A stretch of DNA of 32,000 nt from Hallella mizrahii (GTDB lineage: Bacteria; Bacteroidota; Bacteroidia; Bacteroidales; Bacteroidaceae): contig NZ_VUNG01000009.1 of assembly GCF_009695775.1 (NCBI RefSeq), positions 5,181 through 37,180 of the forward strand, given 5' to 3'. The notes below the pieces were generated by a model that was not told the origin of the DNA, searched no databases, and was given only the letters and a program-made list of their open reading frames with translations. Position numbers and translations under genes: made by a program. Numbering within the stretch: the first letter of the stretch is position 1; each line of letters begins with the position of its first letter. Below are positions 18,237-25,593 of this stretch, piece after piece.

Positions 18237-18648
18237 CCTCCGGTCCGATGAAGTCGGGCTTCACAAAGTTTTCCGTCTCACTGCCGAGTTCCACCTCTGC
18301 CATGACCAGTCCGTCGTTGTCGCCATGAAACTCATCCACCTCGAAGGTATGGCTTCCGCTCTTGACCAGATAGCGGTGCTTGTCGATAACGCCGCCCTGA
18401 CAGAGCTGCATCAGATGGGCCGCCTCGTCGAGCGTAATCTCTTTTTCAAACTCATAGCGTGTCATCCCACCGTCACGGCTCTTGCCCTTGATGGTGAGGT
18501 ATGCTTTGTCGTCACGCACACGGACACGCACCGTGGCCCCCTCAGCAGGGATATATCCTTGCTGGATATGGGAAGAAGAAAAGGCGGCACGCTTGTACGC
18601 ATCGCCTTTCTTCACGAGGAATTTTCGTTCTATCTCCAGTCCACTCAT
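18148..18648 (-). CDS. CYTH-domain protein (triphosphate tunnel metalloenzyme)
   Basis: Start taken at MSGLEIERKFLV (ATG 18648). It has the ExExK signature (LEIERK) and the downstream CYTH acidic/basic pattern (RVRVRDDKAYLTIKG...YEFE...FEVDEFHG...LVMAEVEL). Confidence 0.85.
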   Translation of the reverse strand: MSGLEIERKFLVKKGDAYKRAAFSSSHIQQGYIPAEGATVRVRVRDDKAYLTIKGKSRDGGMTRYEFEKEITLDEAAHLMQLCQGGVIDKHRYLVKSGSHTFEVDEFHGDNDGLVMAEVELGSETENFVKPDFIGPEVTGDPHFYNSHMLAHPFSTWKELVPEEYR

Positions 18649-18702
18649 CGCACAAAATGATTTTATTGGGTTTACATCCTTCCGCAGGCCGCGCCCCACA
18701 GC

Positions 18703-18894
18703 TTACTGCACGATGAAGAAGGACCAGATGATGTAGATGACAGCGAGCACAATCAGCGCGCCAAAGATGATCTTCACGATCTTGTCGCCCTGGTCTTTCT
18801 GCTTGGCCTCGTGATTCACTCTTTTCACTTGCGGTGCCACATTGTTCACAGCCTCAGCCGGAATGTGACTGTTGTTTTTCTTCTTGTTACTCAT
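18703..18894 (-). CDS. Small tail-anchored membrane protein (64 aa), hypothetical
   Basis: MSNKKKNNSHIPAEAVNN...DKIVKIIFGALIVLAVIYIIWSFFIVQ. It has a basic N-terminus and a single C-terminal TM helix. Sits between prfB and the CYTH gene on the same strand. Confidence 0.5.
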   Translation of the reverse strand: MSNKKKNNSHIPAEAVNNVAPQVKRVNHEAKQKDQGDKIVKIIFGALIVLAVIYIIWSFFIVQ

Positions 18895-18951
18895 AATTTT
18901 TAATTTTTTAGGTAAGGTAAGTATTGATATGAGCATGCTGCCCCACCCTTT

Positions 18952-20079
18952 TTACAGGTGAGCCTGCTCCTCTTCGGGGAACTCCATCAGGTAGGCTTTG
19001 ATGAATCCGTCGATTTTTCCGTCCATCACACCGTCTACGTCAGAGGTCTGATAGCCTGTACGGTGATCCTTCACACGGCGGTCATCAAAGACATAACTTC
19101 TGATCTGACTTCCCCACTCTATCTTTTTCTTTCCTGCTTCGATCTTTGCCTGAGCCTCCATGCGCTTCTTCATGGCCCGGTCATAGAGCTGACTTTTCAA
19201 CAGCAACATGGCCTTGGCACGGTTCTTTGGCTGGTCGCGCGTCTCTGTGTTTTCGATGAGGATCTCCTCTTTCTCGCCCGTGTCGGGGTCTTCATACTGG
19301 TAGCGCAGGCGCACACCCGACTCCACCTTGTTGACATTCTGACCGCCGGCGCCACTGGAGCGGAACGTATCCCAGCTCACACGTGCCGGATCTACATACA
19401 CCTCGATGGTGTCGTCAACGAGAGGCGTGACAAAGACGCTGGCAAAACTCGTCATGCGCTTACCCTGAGCGTTGTAGGGCGAGACACGCACCAGGCGGTG
19501 TACGCCATTCTCGCTCTTGAGGAAGCCATAGGCATACTCGCCGCCCTCGATGGTCATCGTCACGCTCTTGATGCCGACCTCCTCGCCTTCCTGCATATTG
19601 GTGATCGTCACCTTATAGCCGTGAGCATCGCACCACCGCATATACATACGCATGAGCATCGAGGCCCAGTCCTGACTCTCGGTACCGCCGGCACCGGAGT
19701 TGATCTTCATCACAGCGTCCATCGAGTCCTCTTCCTGACGTAGCATGTTACGCAACTCCAGATCTTCGATAGACTTGATAACCTTGGCATAGTCGTCATC
19801 GACTTCCTGTTCGGTCACCATCTCCTCCTTGTAGAAGTCGAAGGCAAGCTGCAGCTCATCGGCCTGCTGCTTGACGGTCTTATAGCCGTCGAGCCATTTC
19901 TGTATGCCCTTTACTTTTTTCATCTGTGCCTCGGCACGTTTCGGGTCATCCCAAAAATCGGGAGCCTGCGTGCGAAGCTGCTCTTCTTCAAACTCTACTT
20001 TCTTTTGGTCGATATTGAGATAATGATGGAGTTTCTCTGTGCGGTCCATCACATCTTTCAATTGATCTGCTGTGATCAT
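18952..20079 (-). CDS. prfB: Peptide chain release factor 2 (single uninterrupted ORF)
   Basis: 375 aa. GGQ motif SSGAGGQNVNKVESGVRL. RF2-type decoding region VRVSPYNAQGKRMTSFASV. N-terminal coiled region APDFWDDPKRAEAQMKK. Confidence 0.95.
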   Translation of the reverse strand: MITADQLKDVMDRTEKLHHYLNIDQKKVEFEEEQLRTQAPDFWDDPKRAEAQMKKVKGIQKWLDGYKTVKQQADELQLAFDFYKEEMVTEQEVDDDYAKVIKSIEDLELRNMLRQEEDSMDAVMKINSGAGGTESQDWASMLMRMYMRWCDAHGYKVTITNMQEGEEVGIKSVTMTIEGGEYAYGFLKSENGVHRLVRVSPYNAQGKRMTSFASVFVTPLVDDTIEVYVDPARVSWDTFRSSGAGGQNVNKVESGVRLRYQYEDPDTGEKEEILIENTETRDQPKNRAKAMLLLKSQLYDRAMKKRMEAQAKIEAGKKKIEWGSQIRSYVFDDRRVKDHRTGYQTSDVDGVMDGKIDGFIKAYLMEFPEEEQAHL

Positions 20080-20114
20080 TGTACTTAATTTACAATCAAA
20101 AGCCTCACCCCCAG

Positions 20115-20135
20115 CCCCTCTGCCAAAGAGAGGGG
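20115..20135. other. GC-rich hairpin (cccctct gccaaag agagggg) between the acyl-CoA synthetase and prfB genes; possible terminator or small dispersed hairpin element
   Basis: 7-bp perfect stem with a 7-nt loop, 76 nt downstream of the stop at 20211. The T-run is not immediately adjacent, so terminator function is uncertain. Confidence 0.3.
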
Positions 20136-20210
20136 AGTAAAATGCTGCAAGGGAAGACGTTATTTCCTATATATATGACTTATTGTTGATAACTGAATGC
20201 AAACTTACAT

Positions 20211-22019
20211 CTAACATTCATACATTTTGTCGATGACTGCCGCATAGTTTTTGTAGATGACAGGGCGGCGCATCTTCAGCGTATTGGTCAATTCTCCCGA
20301 TTCCATCGAGAAATGGTGAGGCAGGAGCGTGAAGCGCTTGATCTTCTCATAGTTGGCCAAGCCTTGTTGCAAGGTCTCTATGCGCTCCATCATCATGTCG
20401 TGGATTTCCTTATTTTCGCAGAGGTCTTCGCGACGTTCATACTTGATGTTGTGCGCACGCGCATAGTCCTCCAACATGCGGAACTCCGGCACGATCAGCG
20501 CGGAAACGAACTTTCGCTGGTCGGCGATGACTGCTACCTGGTCGATGAACTTATCCACGAGCAGCAGAGACTCGACCATCTGCGGTGCGATATACTTACC
20601 ATTGCTGGTCTTGAAGAGATCCTTGATGCGCTCCTTGAGGAAGAGCTCTCCGTCTTTGAGATAGCCGGCGTCACCGGTATGGAAGAAGCCCTGCTCATCG
20701 AAAGCCTGCTTGTTGAGCTCGTCGCGATGGTAGTATCCCTTGGTGATTGTCGGGCCTTTGAGCAGAATCTCACTGTTCTCGCCGATTTTCACCTCTATGC
20801 CCTGTATGGGCCGGCCCACAGAGCCAATGGTGATCTTCTCACCGATATGGTCGCAAGAAACAGTGGCCAAGCTTTCCGTCAAACCGTAGCCCACGATCAT
20901 ATTGATGCCGATGGAATGGATGAAATTCTCCACTTCGGGCGACACGTACGCGCCTGCCGTTGGGAAGATATTGGGATGTTCCAGTCCCATCACCTTGCGC
21001 ACGAGGCTGAGCACCGACTTGTCGAGCACCTTATATTCCAAAGCCAGATGCAAGGGCGGACGCTTGCCGTTGCAGATATAGTCCACATTATATTTCTTAC
21101 CGACGCTCAGGGCATGATAGAAAAGTTTCTTCTGCCATGCGCTCGAGCGGTCCATCTTGTCCTTGACTGCCTGATAGACCTTTTCCCAAAAGCGCGGCAC
21201 ACTCGACATAGACGTAGGATGGGTCTCGCGCATGCTTTCCTGAATCTCCTTGGGATAGGTGTTGACGATGAGCTGTGCACCCTCGGTCAAGGCCAGATAA
21301 GCCCATCCGCGCTCAAAGATATGGGTGAAGGGCAGGAAATCGATGACGCGATCGTTCTCCGTGACCGGCACACAGGCGTCGTTGGCTTTCAAGGCTGCCG
21401 CATACTGCCCGTAGCTGAGCATCACACCTTTGCTGTCGCCCGTGGTGCCACTGGTGTAGAGAATATTGCAGAGATCATCGTCGTTGGCCTGCTTGTAGAG
21501 TGCTTCCACTTCGGTCTGGCGGGGCAGATCCTCGCCGAGCTTCAGGAAGTCTTCGAAGTAAAGGGCGTTGGGGTCATGCGAACTGATACGGACACTGTCG
21601 TCGTAGATGATGATACGCTCCAGCGAAGGACACAGGGCAAACACGCGGTGTGCCTTGTTGTATTGCTCCTGCTCACCGACGAAGAGAAAACGCACCTGAG
21701 CATCGTTGATGATAAACTGTATCTGCTGTTCCGAGCTGGTGGCATAGATAGGGATAGAGCATGCCCGGATGCCGTACGCGCCAAAGTCGGTGTAGAGATA
21801 CTGCACACAGTTTTGCGAGAACACAGCAATATTTTCCTGGGGCTTGATGCTCAAGTTCAGCATGGCATTGCTCACTTGCTTGACACGCAAAGAGAACTGT
21901 TTCCAGGAAACAGTCTTCCATTTCAAGCTTCCAAACGTACGGAACGTCAGGGCACCCCGCGACCCGTACTTCTTTGCCTGCTCATGTATCAGCACAGACA
22001 GATGACTTCTATTCTGCAT
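20211..22019 (-). CDS. Long-chain-fatty-acid--CoA ligase (AMP-dependent synthetase/ligase)
   Basis: AMP-binding signature LYTSGTTGDSKGVML, plus GYGLTE and FHTGDAGY...ERIKDLFK blocks. Start taken at ATG 22019 (MQNRSHLSV...), because the ORF-track start at 22046 is a TTG lying inside the -7 promoter box. Confidence 0.9.
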   Translation of the reverse strand: MQNRSHLSVLIHEQAKKYGSRGALTFRTFGSLKWKTVSWKQFSLRVKQVSNAMLNLSIKPQENIAVFSQNCVQYLYTDFGAYGIRACSIPIYATSSEQQIQFIINDAQVRFLFVGEQEQYNKAHRVFALCPSLERIIIYDDSVRISSHDPNALYFEDFLKLGEDLPRQTEVEALYKQANDDDLCNILYTSGTTGDSKGVMLSYGQYAAALKANDACVPVTENDRVIDFLPFTHIFERGWAYLALTEGAQLIVNTYPKEIQESMRETHPTSMSSVPRFWEKVYQAVKDKMDRSSAWQKKLFYHALSVGKKYNVDYICNGKRPPLHLALEYKVLDKSVLSLVRKVMGLEHPNIFPTAGAYVSPEVENFIHSIGINMIVGYGLTESLATVSCDHIGEKITIGSVGRPIQGIEVKIGENSEILLKGPTITKGYYHRDELNKQAFDEQGFFHTGDAGYLKDGELFLKERIKDLFKTSNGKYIAPQMVESLLLVDKFIDQVAVIADQRKFVSALIVPEFRMLEDYARAHNIKYERREDLCENKEIHDMMMERIETLQQGLANYEKIKRFTLLPHHFSMESGELTNTLKMRRPVIYKNYAAVIDKMYEC

Positions 22020-22043
22020 AGTACTACGTATTTTTTGTTGTTG

Positions 22044-22051
22044 CAAAGATA
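22044..22051 (-). promoter_or_regulatory. Candidate -7 box TATCTTTG for the acyl-CoA synthetase gene
   Basis: The plus strand reads caaagata, which is TAtcTTTG on the minus strand, 25 nt upstream of the ATG at 22019. Confidence 0.45.
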
Positions 22052-22093
22052 AAGAATTCCTATTAAAAAGTGAAATGTTTAGGCAGTTTTTAT

Positions 22094-22101
22094 TAATTTT
22101 G
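22094..22101 (+). promoter_or_regulatory. Candidate -7 box TAATTTTG for the M20 deacylase gene
   Basis: taattttg lies 29 nt upstream of the ATG at 22130, divergent from the previous box. Confidence 0.45.
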
Positions 22102-22129
22102 CCTACATAACCATTTCTATTTCCGCAAC

Positions 22130-23215
22130 ATGAGACACCAAGACTATATCAACGACGCCGTGGAGCTGCTCTCCCGCCTCATCGCCACGCCGTCGGTCAG
22201 CCGCAACGAGAAAGAGGCCGCAGACGTGATGCAACATCAGATGAGCACCTACGGGCTCGCCACGCACCGCGAGGCCAACAACGTCTGGGCGATATGCCCG
22301 GACTATGACAGTGCCAAGCCTACGATTCTGCTCAACGCACATACCGATACGGTGAAACCGGCCATTTCGTGGGTTCGCGACCCTTTCAAGCCTACACACG
22401 AGGGCGATCTTCTCTACGGCTTAGGAAGCAATGACTGTGGCGGCGGTTTGGTCACGCTATTGCAGGTGTTCAGATATATGACGCTGCGCACGCAGCCTTA
22501 CAACCTCGTCTACTTGGCTTCCGCCGAGGAAGAGGTGTCGGGAAAAGACGGTATCAGCCGTGTCTTGCCGCTGCTGCCCCATATCGACGTGGCCATCGTG
22601 GGTGAGCCGACGGGCATGCAACCCGCCATCGCGGAGAAAGGACTGATGGTGCTCGATGTCGTCAGCCACGGCAAGAGTGGTCATGCGGCACGCAACGAGG
22701 GCATCAACGCGATCTATGAGGCACTCGACGACATGCGATGGATTCGGGATTTTCGGTTCGAGAAGGTGAGCCCTTTCCTCGGTCCCACAAAGATGACGCT
22801 CACGGTGGTCCATGCGGGCACGCAGCACAACGTCATCCCCGACGAATGCCGGATGCTCGTCGACGTGCGCACCAACGAATACTACACCAATGAGGAGGTT
22901 TACGACATCGTGCGCTCGCATGTCAAGAGTGATGTCCACGCACATTCGTTCCGCTTGCATTCTTCGCACATCGACCCGGAACATCCGCTCGTCAAGCGTT
23001 GTGTGTCACTTGGCCTGCAGCCTTTCGGCTCGCCGACACTCAGTGATCAGGCACTGATGCCCTTCCCCTCGCTGAAACTCGGCCCCGGCGAGTCGTCGCG
23101 CTCCCACAGTGCCGATGAATTCATCAAGATCAGCGAAGTCGACCATGCCTTCACGACCTACCTGCAAGTGTTGGAAGGACTGAAGGAGAGGATACCGAGG
23201 TGGGAGGGTAAATAA
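22130..23215 (+). CDS. M20-family metallohydrolase (ArgE/DapE-like deacylase)
   Basis: 361 aa. Metal-ligand blocks ILLNAHTDTVKP, GSNDCGGG, ASAEEEVSGKDG, GHAARNEG. Size and motifs match acetylornithine deacetylase / succinyl-DAP desuccinylase relatives. Confidence 0.85.
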   Translation: MRHQDYINDAVELLSRLIATPSVSRNEKEAADVMQHQMSTYGLATHREANNVWAICPDYDSAKPTILLNAHTDTVKPAISWVRDPFKPTHEGDLLYGLGSNDCGGGLVTLLQVFRYMTLRTQPYNLVYLASAEEEVSGKDGISRVLPLLPHIDVAIVGEPTGMQPAIAEKGLMVLDVVSHGKSGHAARNEGINAIYEALDDMRWIRDFRFEKVSPFLGPTKMTLTVVHAGTQHNVIPDECRMLVDVRTNEYYTNEEVYDIVRSHVKSDVHAHSFRLHSSHIDPEHPLVKRCVSLGLQPFGSPTLSDQALMPFPSLKLGPGESSRSHSADEFIKISEVDHAFTTYLQVLEGLKERIPRWEGK

Positions 23216-23274
23216 AGCGTGCGCGGTCAATCATCTCCGCATCGTTTCACAACAATCAACACATAGAGAAGTCT

Positions 23275-23718
23275 ATGAGTTACACACAACTGATGTACCA
23301 CATCGTCATCGGTACAAGAAGTCACAGACCTGTTATTGACCAAAACTACGAACGGGAGCTATACAGTTATATACTTTCGTTCACAAAAAACAAGAACGGC
23401 CACCTATATAGAGTAGGTGGCATGCCTAATCACGTCCATCTCTTAGTGGGTCTACCTTCCACTTTGACAGTTGCAGATTTCGTTCGCATGCTGAAGATCT
23501 CTACGAATAACTTCATGAAGGAACATCAACCTGAGTTCCCGATGTTCGAAGGATGGCGCAGCGAATACTTTGCTGCCACATGTTCACTTCGTGAGAAAGA
23601 TAAGATCATCGAATATATCAAGAACCAGAAAACGCATCATGCGAAGGTCTGCTTCAAGGATGAGCTAAAGCAGCTACTGGAAGAGTACGGCATCTCGTAC
23701 AACGAAGATTACCTATAA
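23275..23718 (+). mobile_element. Y1 HUH tyrosine transposase of the IS200/IS605 TnpA superfamily, RAYT-like (no TnpB partner in the window)
   Basis: 147 aa. N-terminal YHIV block (LMYHIVIGTRSHRPVI), HUH motif PNHVHLLV (H53-V-H55), and the catalytic Tyr helix IIEYIKNQKTHH (Y114). The ORF is intact. It stands alone as a single gene and is followed 46 nt later by a palindrome array. Confidence 0.85.
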
Positions 23719-23764
23719 CTTCCACGCGAGACATTTTCAAGGTCATGGCCCTGCGACTCATCTC

Positions 23765-24311
23765 TACACCGAGTCGCTCACTCGTAAGGATTTCCGCTAC
23801 GCTCCAGTCCTTACTCGTTCGACGACTCGGTTCTTTTCATCGTGTGACCTTTTCAAGATCATTATACACACAACAACCAAGTATGTTGCTACCAAGTTCC
23901 TTGCGGGAGTACTAAAAGAGCACTGGGCAACTATCAAACCAAAAGCAAAGTGCTTTGATGTGACTCATGTCCCTGAAAGGGACACACTCTTAATGACCCC
24001 AAGTCGTCGAGCAAGTAAGGGCCGAAGCGAAGCGGAGGTCCTTACTTGCTCGACGACTTGGGGTAGAGTCGGTGGCAATGCAATGACCTCGGAGAGGTCT
24101 CACGTGGACGTATTACAAAGCCTTGATAACAAGTTACTTCACCCGTCCACGTGAGTCCTCTTCGAGGACATCTTCCCGCACACGAACTACCCCAGGTCGC
24201 TCACTTTTGTGATGCTTCGCCATCACAAAAGCTCGACGACCTGGGGTCAATCATAGTGTGTCCCTTTCAGGGACATTATACGCTGAGAGCTTAATCACCC
24301 ACTCTTATGAA
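23765..24311. repeat. Array unit 1
   Basis: See the array entry. Contains H1 (23768-23831), a 135-nt less-structured spacer, the dyad module (23967-24276) and a 35-nt tail. Confidence 0.9.
23967..24276. repeat. 310-bp dyad-symmetric hairpin module of unit 1, bounded by perfect 22-nt inverted repeats
   Basis: IR-L atgtccctgaaagggacacact (23967-23988) is the exact reverse complement of IR-R agtgtgtccctttcagggacat (24255-24276). Each 22-mer is itself a hairpin (gtccct/agggac). Internal hairpins are H2 23997-24063 (24-bp stem), H3 24085-24099, H4 24099-24155 (12-bp stem), H5 24155-24169 and H6 24190-24246. Confidence 0.9.
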
Positions 24312-24858
24312 TACACCGAGTCGCTCACTCGTAAGGATTTCCACTACGCTCCAGTCTTTACTCGTTCGACGACTCGGTGCTTTTCATCGTGTGACCTTTT
24401 CAAGATCATTATACACACAACAACCAAGTATGTTGCTACCAAATTACTTGCGGGACTACTAAAAGAGCACTGGGCAACTATCAAACCAAAAGCAAAGTGC
24501 TTTGATGTGACTCATGTCCCTGAAAGGGACACACTCTTAATGACCCCAAGTCGCCGAGCAAGTAAGGGCCGAAGCGAAGCGGAGGTCCTTACTTGCTCGA
24601 CGACTTGGGGTAGAGTCGGTGGCAATGCAATGACCTCGGAGAGGTCTCACGTGGACGTATTACAAAGCCTTGATAACAAGTTACTTCACCCGTCCACGTG
24701 AGTCCTCTTCGAGGACATCTTCCCGCACACGAACTACCCCAGGTCGCTCACTTTTGTGATGCTTCGCCATCACAAAAGCTCGACGACCTGGGGTCAATCA
24801 TAGTGTGTCCCTTTCAGGGACATTATACGCTGAGGGTTTAATCACCCTCTCTTATGAA
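24312..24858. repeat. Array unit 2
   Basis: Dyad module at 24514-24823. The inverted 22-mers were verified at 24514-24535 and 24802-24823. Confidence 0.9.
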
Positions 24859-25404
24859 TACACCGAGTCGCTCACTCGTAAGGATTTCCGCTACGCTCCA
24901 GTCCTTGCTCGTTCGACGACTCGGTTCTTTTCATCGTGTGACCTTTTCAAGATCATTATACACACAACAACCAAGTATGTTGCTACCAAGTTCCTTGCGG
25001 GACTACTAAAAGAGCACTGGGCAACTATCAAACCAAAAGCAAAGTGCTTTGATGTGACTCATGTCCCTGAAAGGGACACACTCTTAATGACCCCAAGTCG
25101 TCGAGCAAGTAAGGGCCGAAGCGAAGCGGAGGTCCTTACTTGCAAGCGACTTGGGGTAGAGTCGGTGGCGAAGCAATGACCTCGGAGAGGTCTCACGTGG
25201 ACGTATTACAAAGCCTTGATAACAAATCACTTCACGCGTCCACGTGAGTCCTCTTCGAGGACATCTTCCCGCACACGAACTACCCCAGGTCGCCCGCTTT
25301 TGTGATGCTTCGCCATCACAAAAGCTCGACGACCTGGGGTCAATCATAGTGTGTCCCTTTCAGGGACATTATACGCTGAGAGCTTAATCACCCACTCTTA
25401 TGAA
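24859..25404. repeat. Array unit 3 (1-nt shorter; right arm of hairpin H2 degraded)
   Basis: Dyad module at 25061-25369. The inverted 22-mers were verified at 25061-25082 and 25348-25369. It reads cttacttgcaagcgacttgggg where units 1 and 2 read cttacttgctcgacgacttgggg. Confidence 0.9.
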
Positions 25405-25535
25405 GTAACAACCATTTTTTCCGACAAAAACACGTCCGCAAGAAGTTGCAATCTAGAGAAGCGGAAAACGGAGGAAGAAGGATAAAACTACTATTTCATC
25501 GATTTTTCTCGGTCAAAAGCCTAAGATGATGCTAA

Positions 25536-25593
25536 GAAAACGGTACTTTGATGGAAAATTCTCTAGAGAATTTTCCATCAAAGTACCGTTTTC
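25536..25593. repeat. Perfect 58-bp palindrome (29-nt arms, zero spacer)
   Basis: gaaaacggtactttgatggaaaattctct|agagaattttccatcaaagtaccgttttc, checked base by base. A further direct copy of caaagtacc lies at 25601-25609, 22 nt after the copy at 25579-25587. Confidence 0.95.

Larger units (their letters stand above)
23765..25404. repeat. Tandem array of three head-to-tail units (547, 547, 546 bp) composed of nested hairpins
   Basis: The string tacaccgagtcgctcactcg recurs at 23765, 24312 and 24859, an exact 547-bp period. The array ends after ...cttatgaa at 25404. My manual alignment gives about 10-12 differences per unit pair, roughly 98% identity. Confidence 0.95.

Noticed and set aside
19990-20020. 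Looked for the RF2 +1 frameshift site (CTT TGA C preceded by an SD-like element)
   Set aside because: No in-frame TGA was found. The ORF is continuous from the ATG at 20079, so prfB is annotated as a simple CDS.
22020-22046. N-terminal extensions proposed by the ORF track (22046; also 31000, 28802, 17789, 18699, 16154 and 2010)
   Set aside because: Where I checked, the extensions start at TTG or GTG: 22046 and 31000 are TTG, and 2010 is GTG. Some run through promoter boxes or the preceding gene. Conserved N-termini, such as signal peptides and family-typical starts, begin at the internal ATGs used in the feature table.
20313-22052. 579-aa ORF on the plus strand
   Set aside because: It is a shadow frame antisense to the acyl-CoA synthetase gene. 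The minus-strand product carries the AMP-binding signature, while the plus-strand product has no motifs and a biased L/H/V/A/D composition.
24258-24701. 147-aa ORF (with sister ORFs at 24805-25179 and 23960-24154) lying inside the tandem repeat
   Set aside because: It starts at GTG inside a hairpin and its sequence is dictated by palindromes. It reads straight through the 24-bp stems, giving mirror-like peptide strings. It has no promoter box and a Ser/Thr/Arg-rich composition unlike the neighbouring genes. The copy in unit 3 is truncated by the 1-nt deletion. I treat these as repeat-derived frames, not genes.
23765-25404. Possible CRISPR array
   Set aside because: The period is 547 bp and whole units are repeated at about 98% identity. 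There are no short conserved repeats alternating with unique spacers, and no cas genes are in the window.
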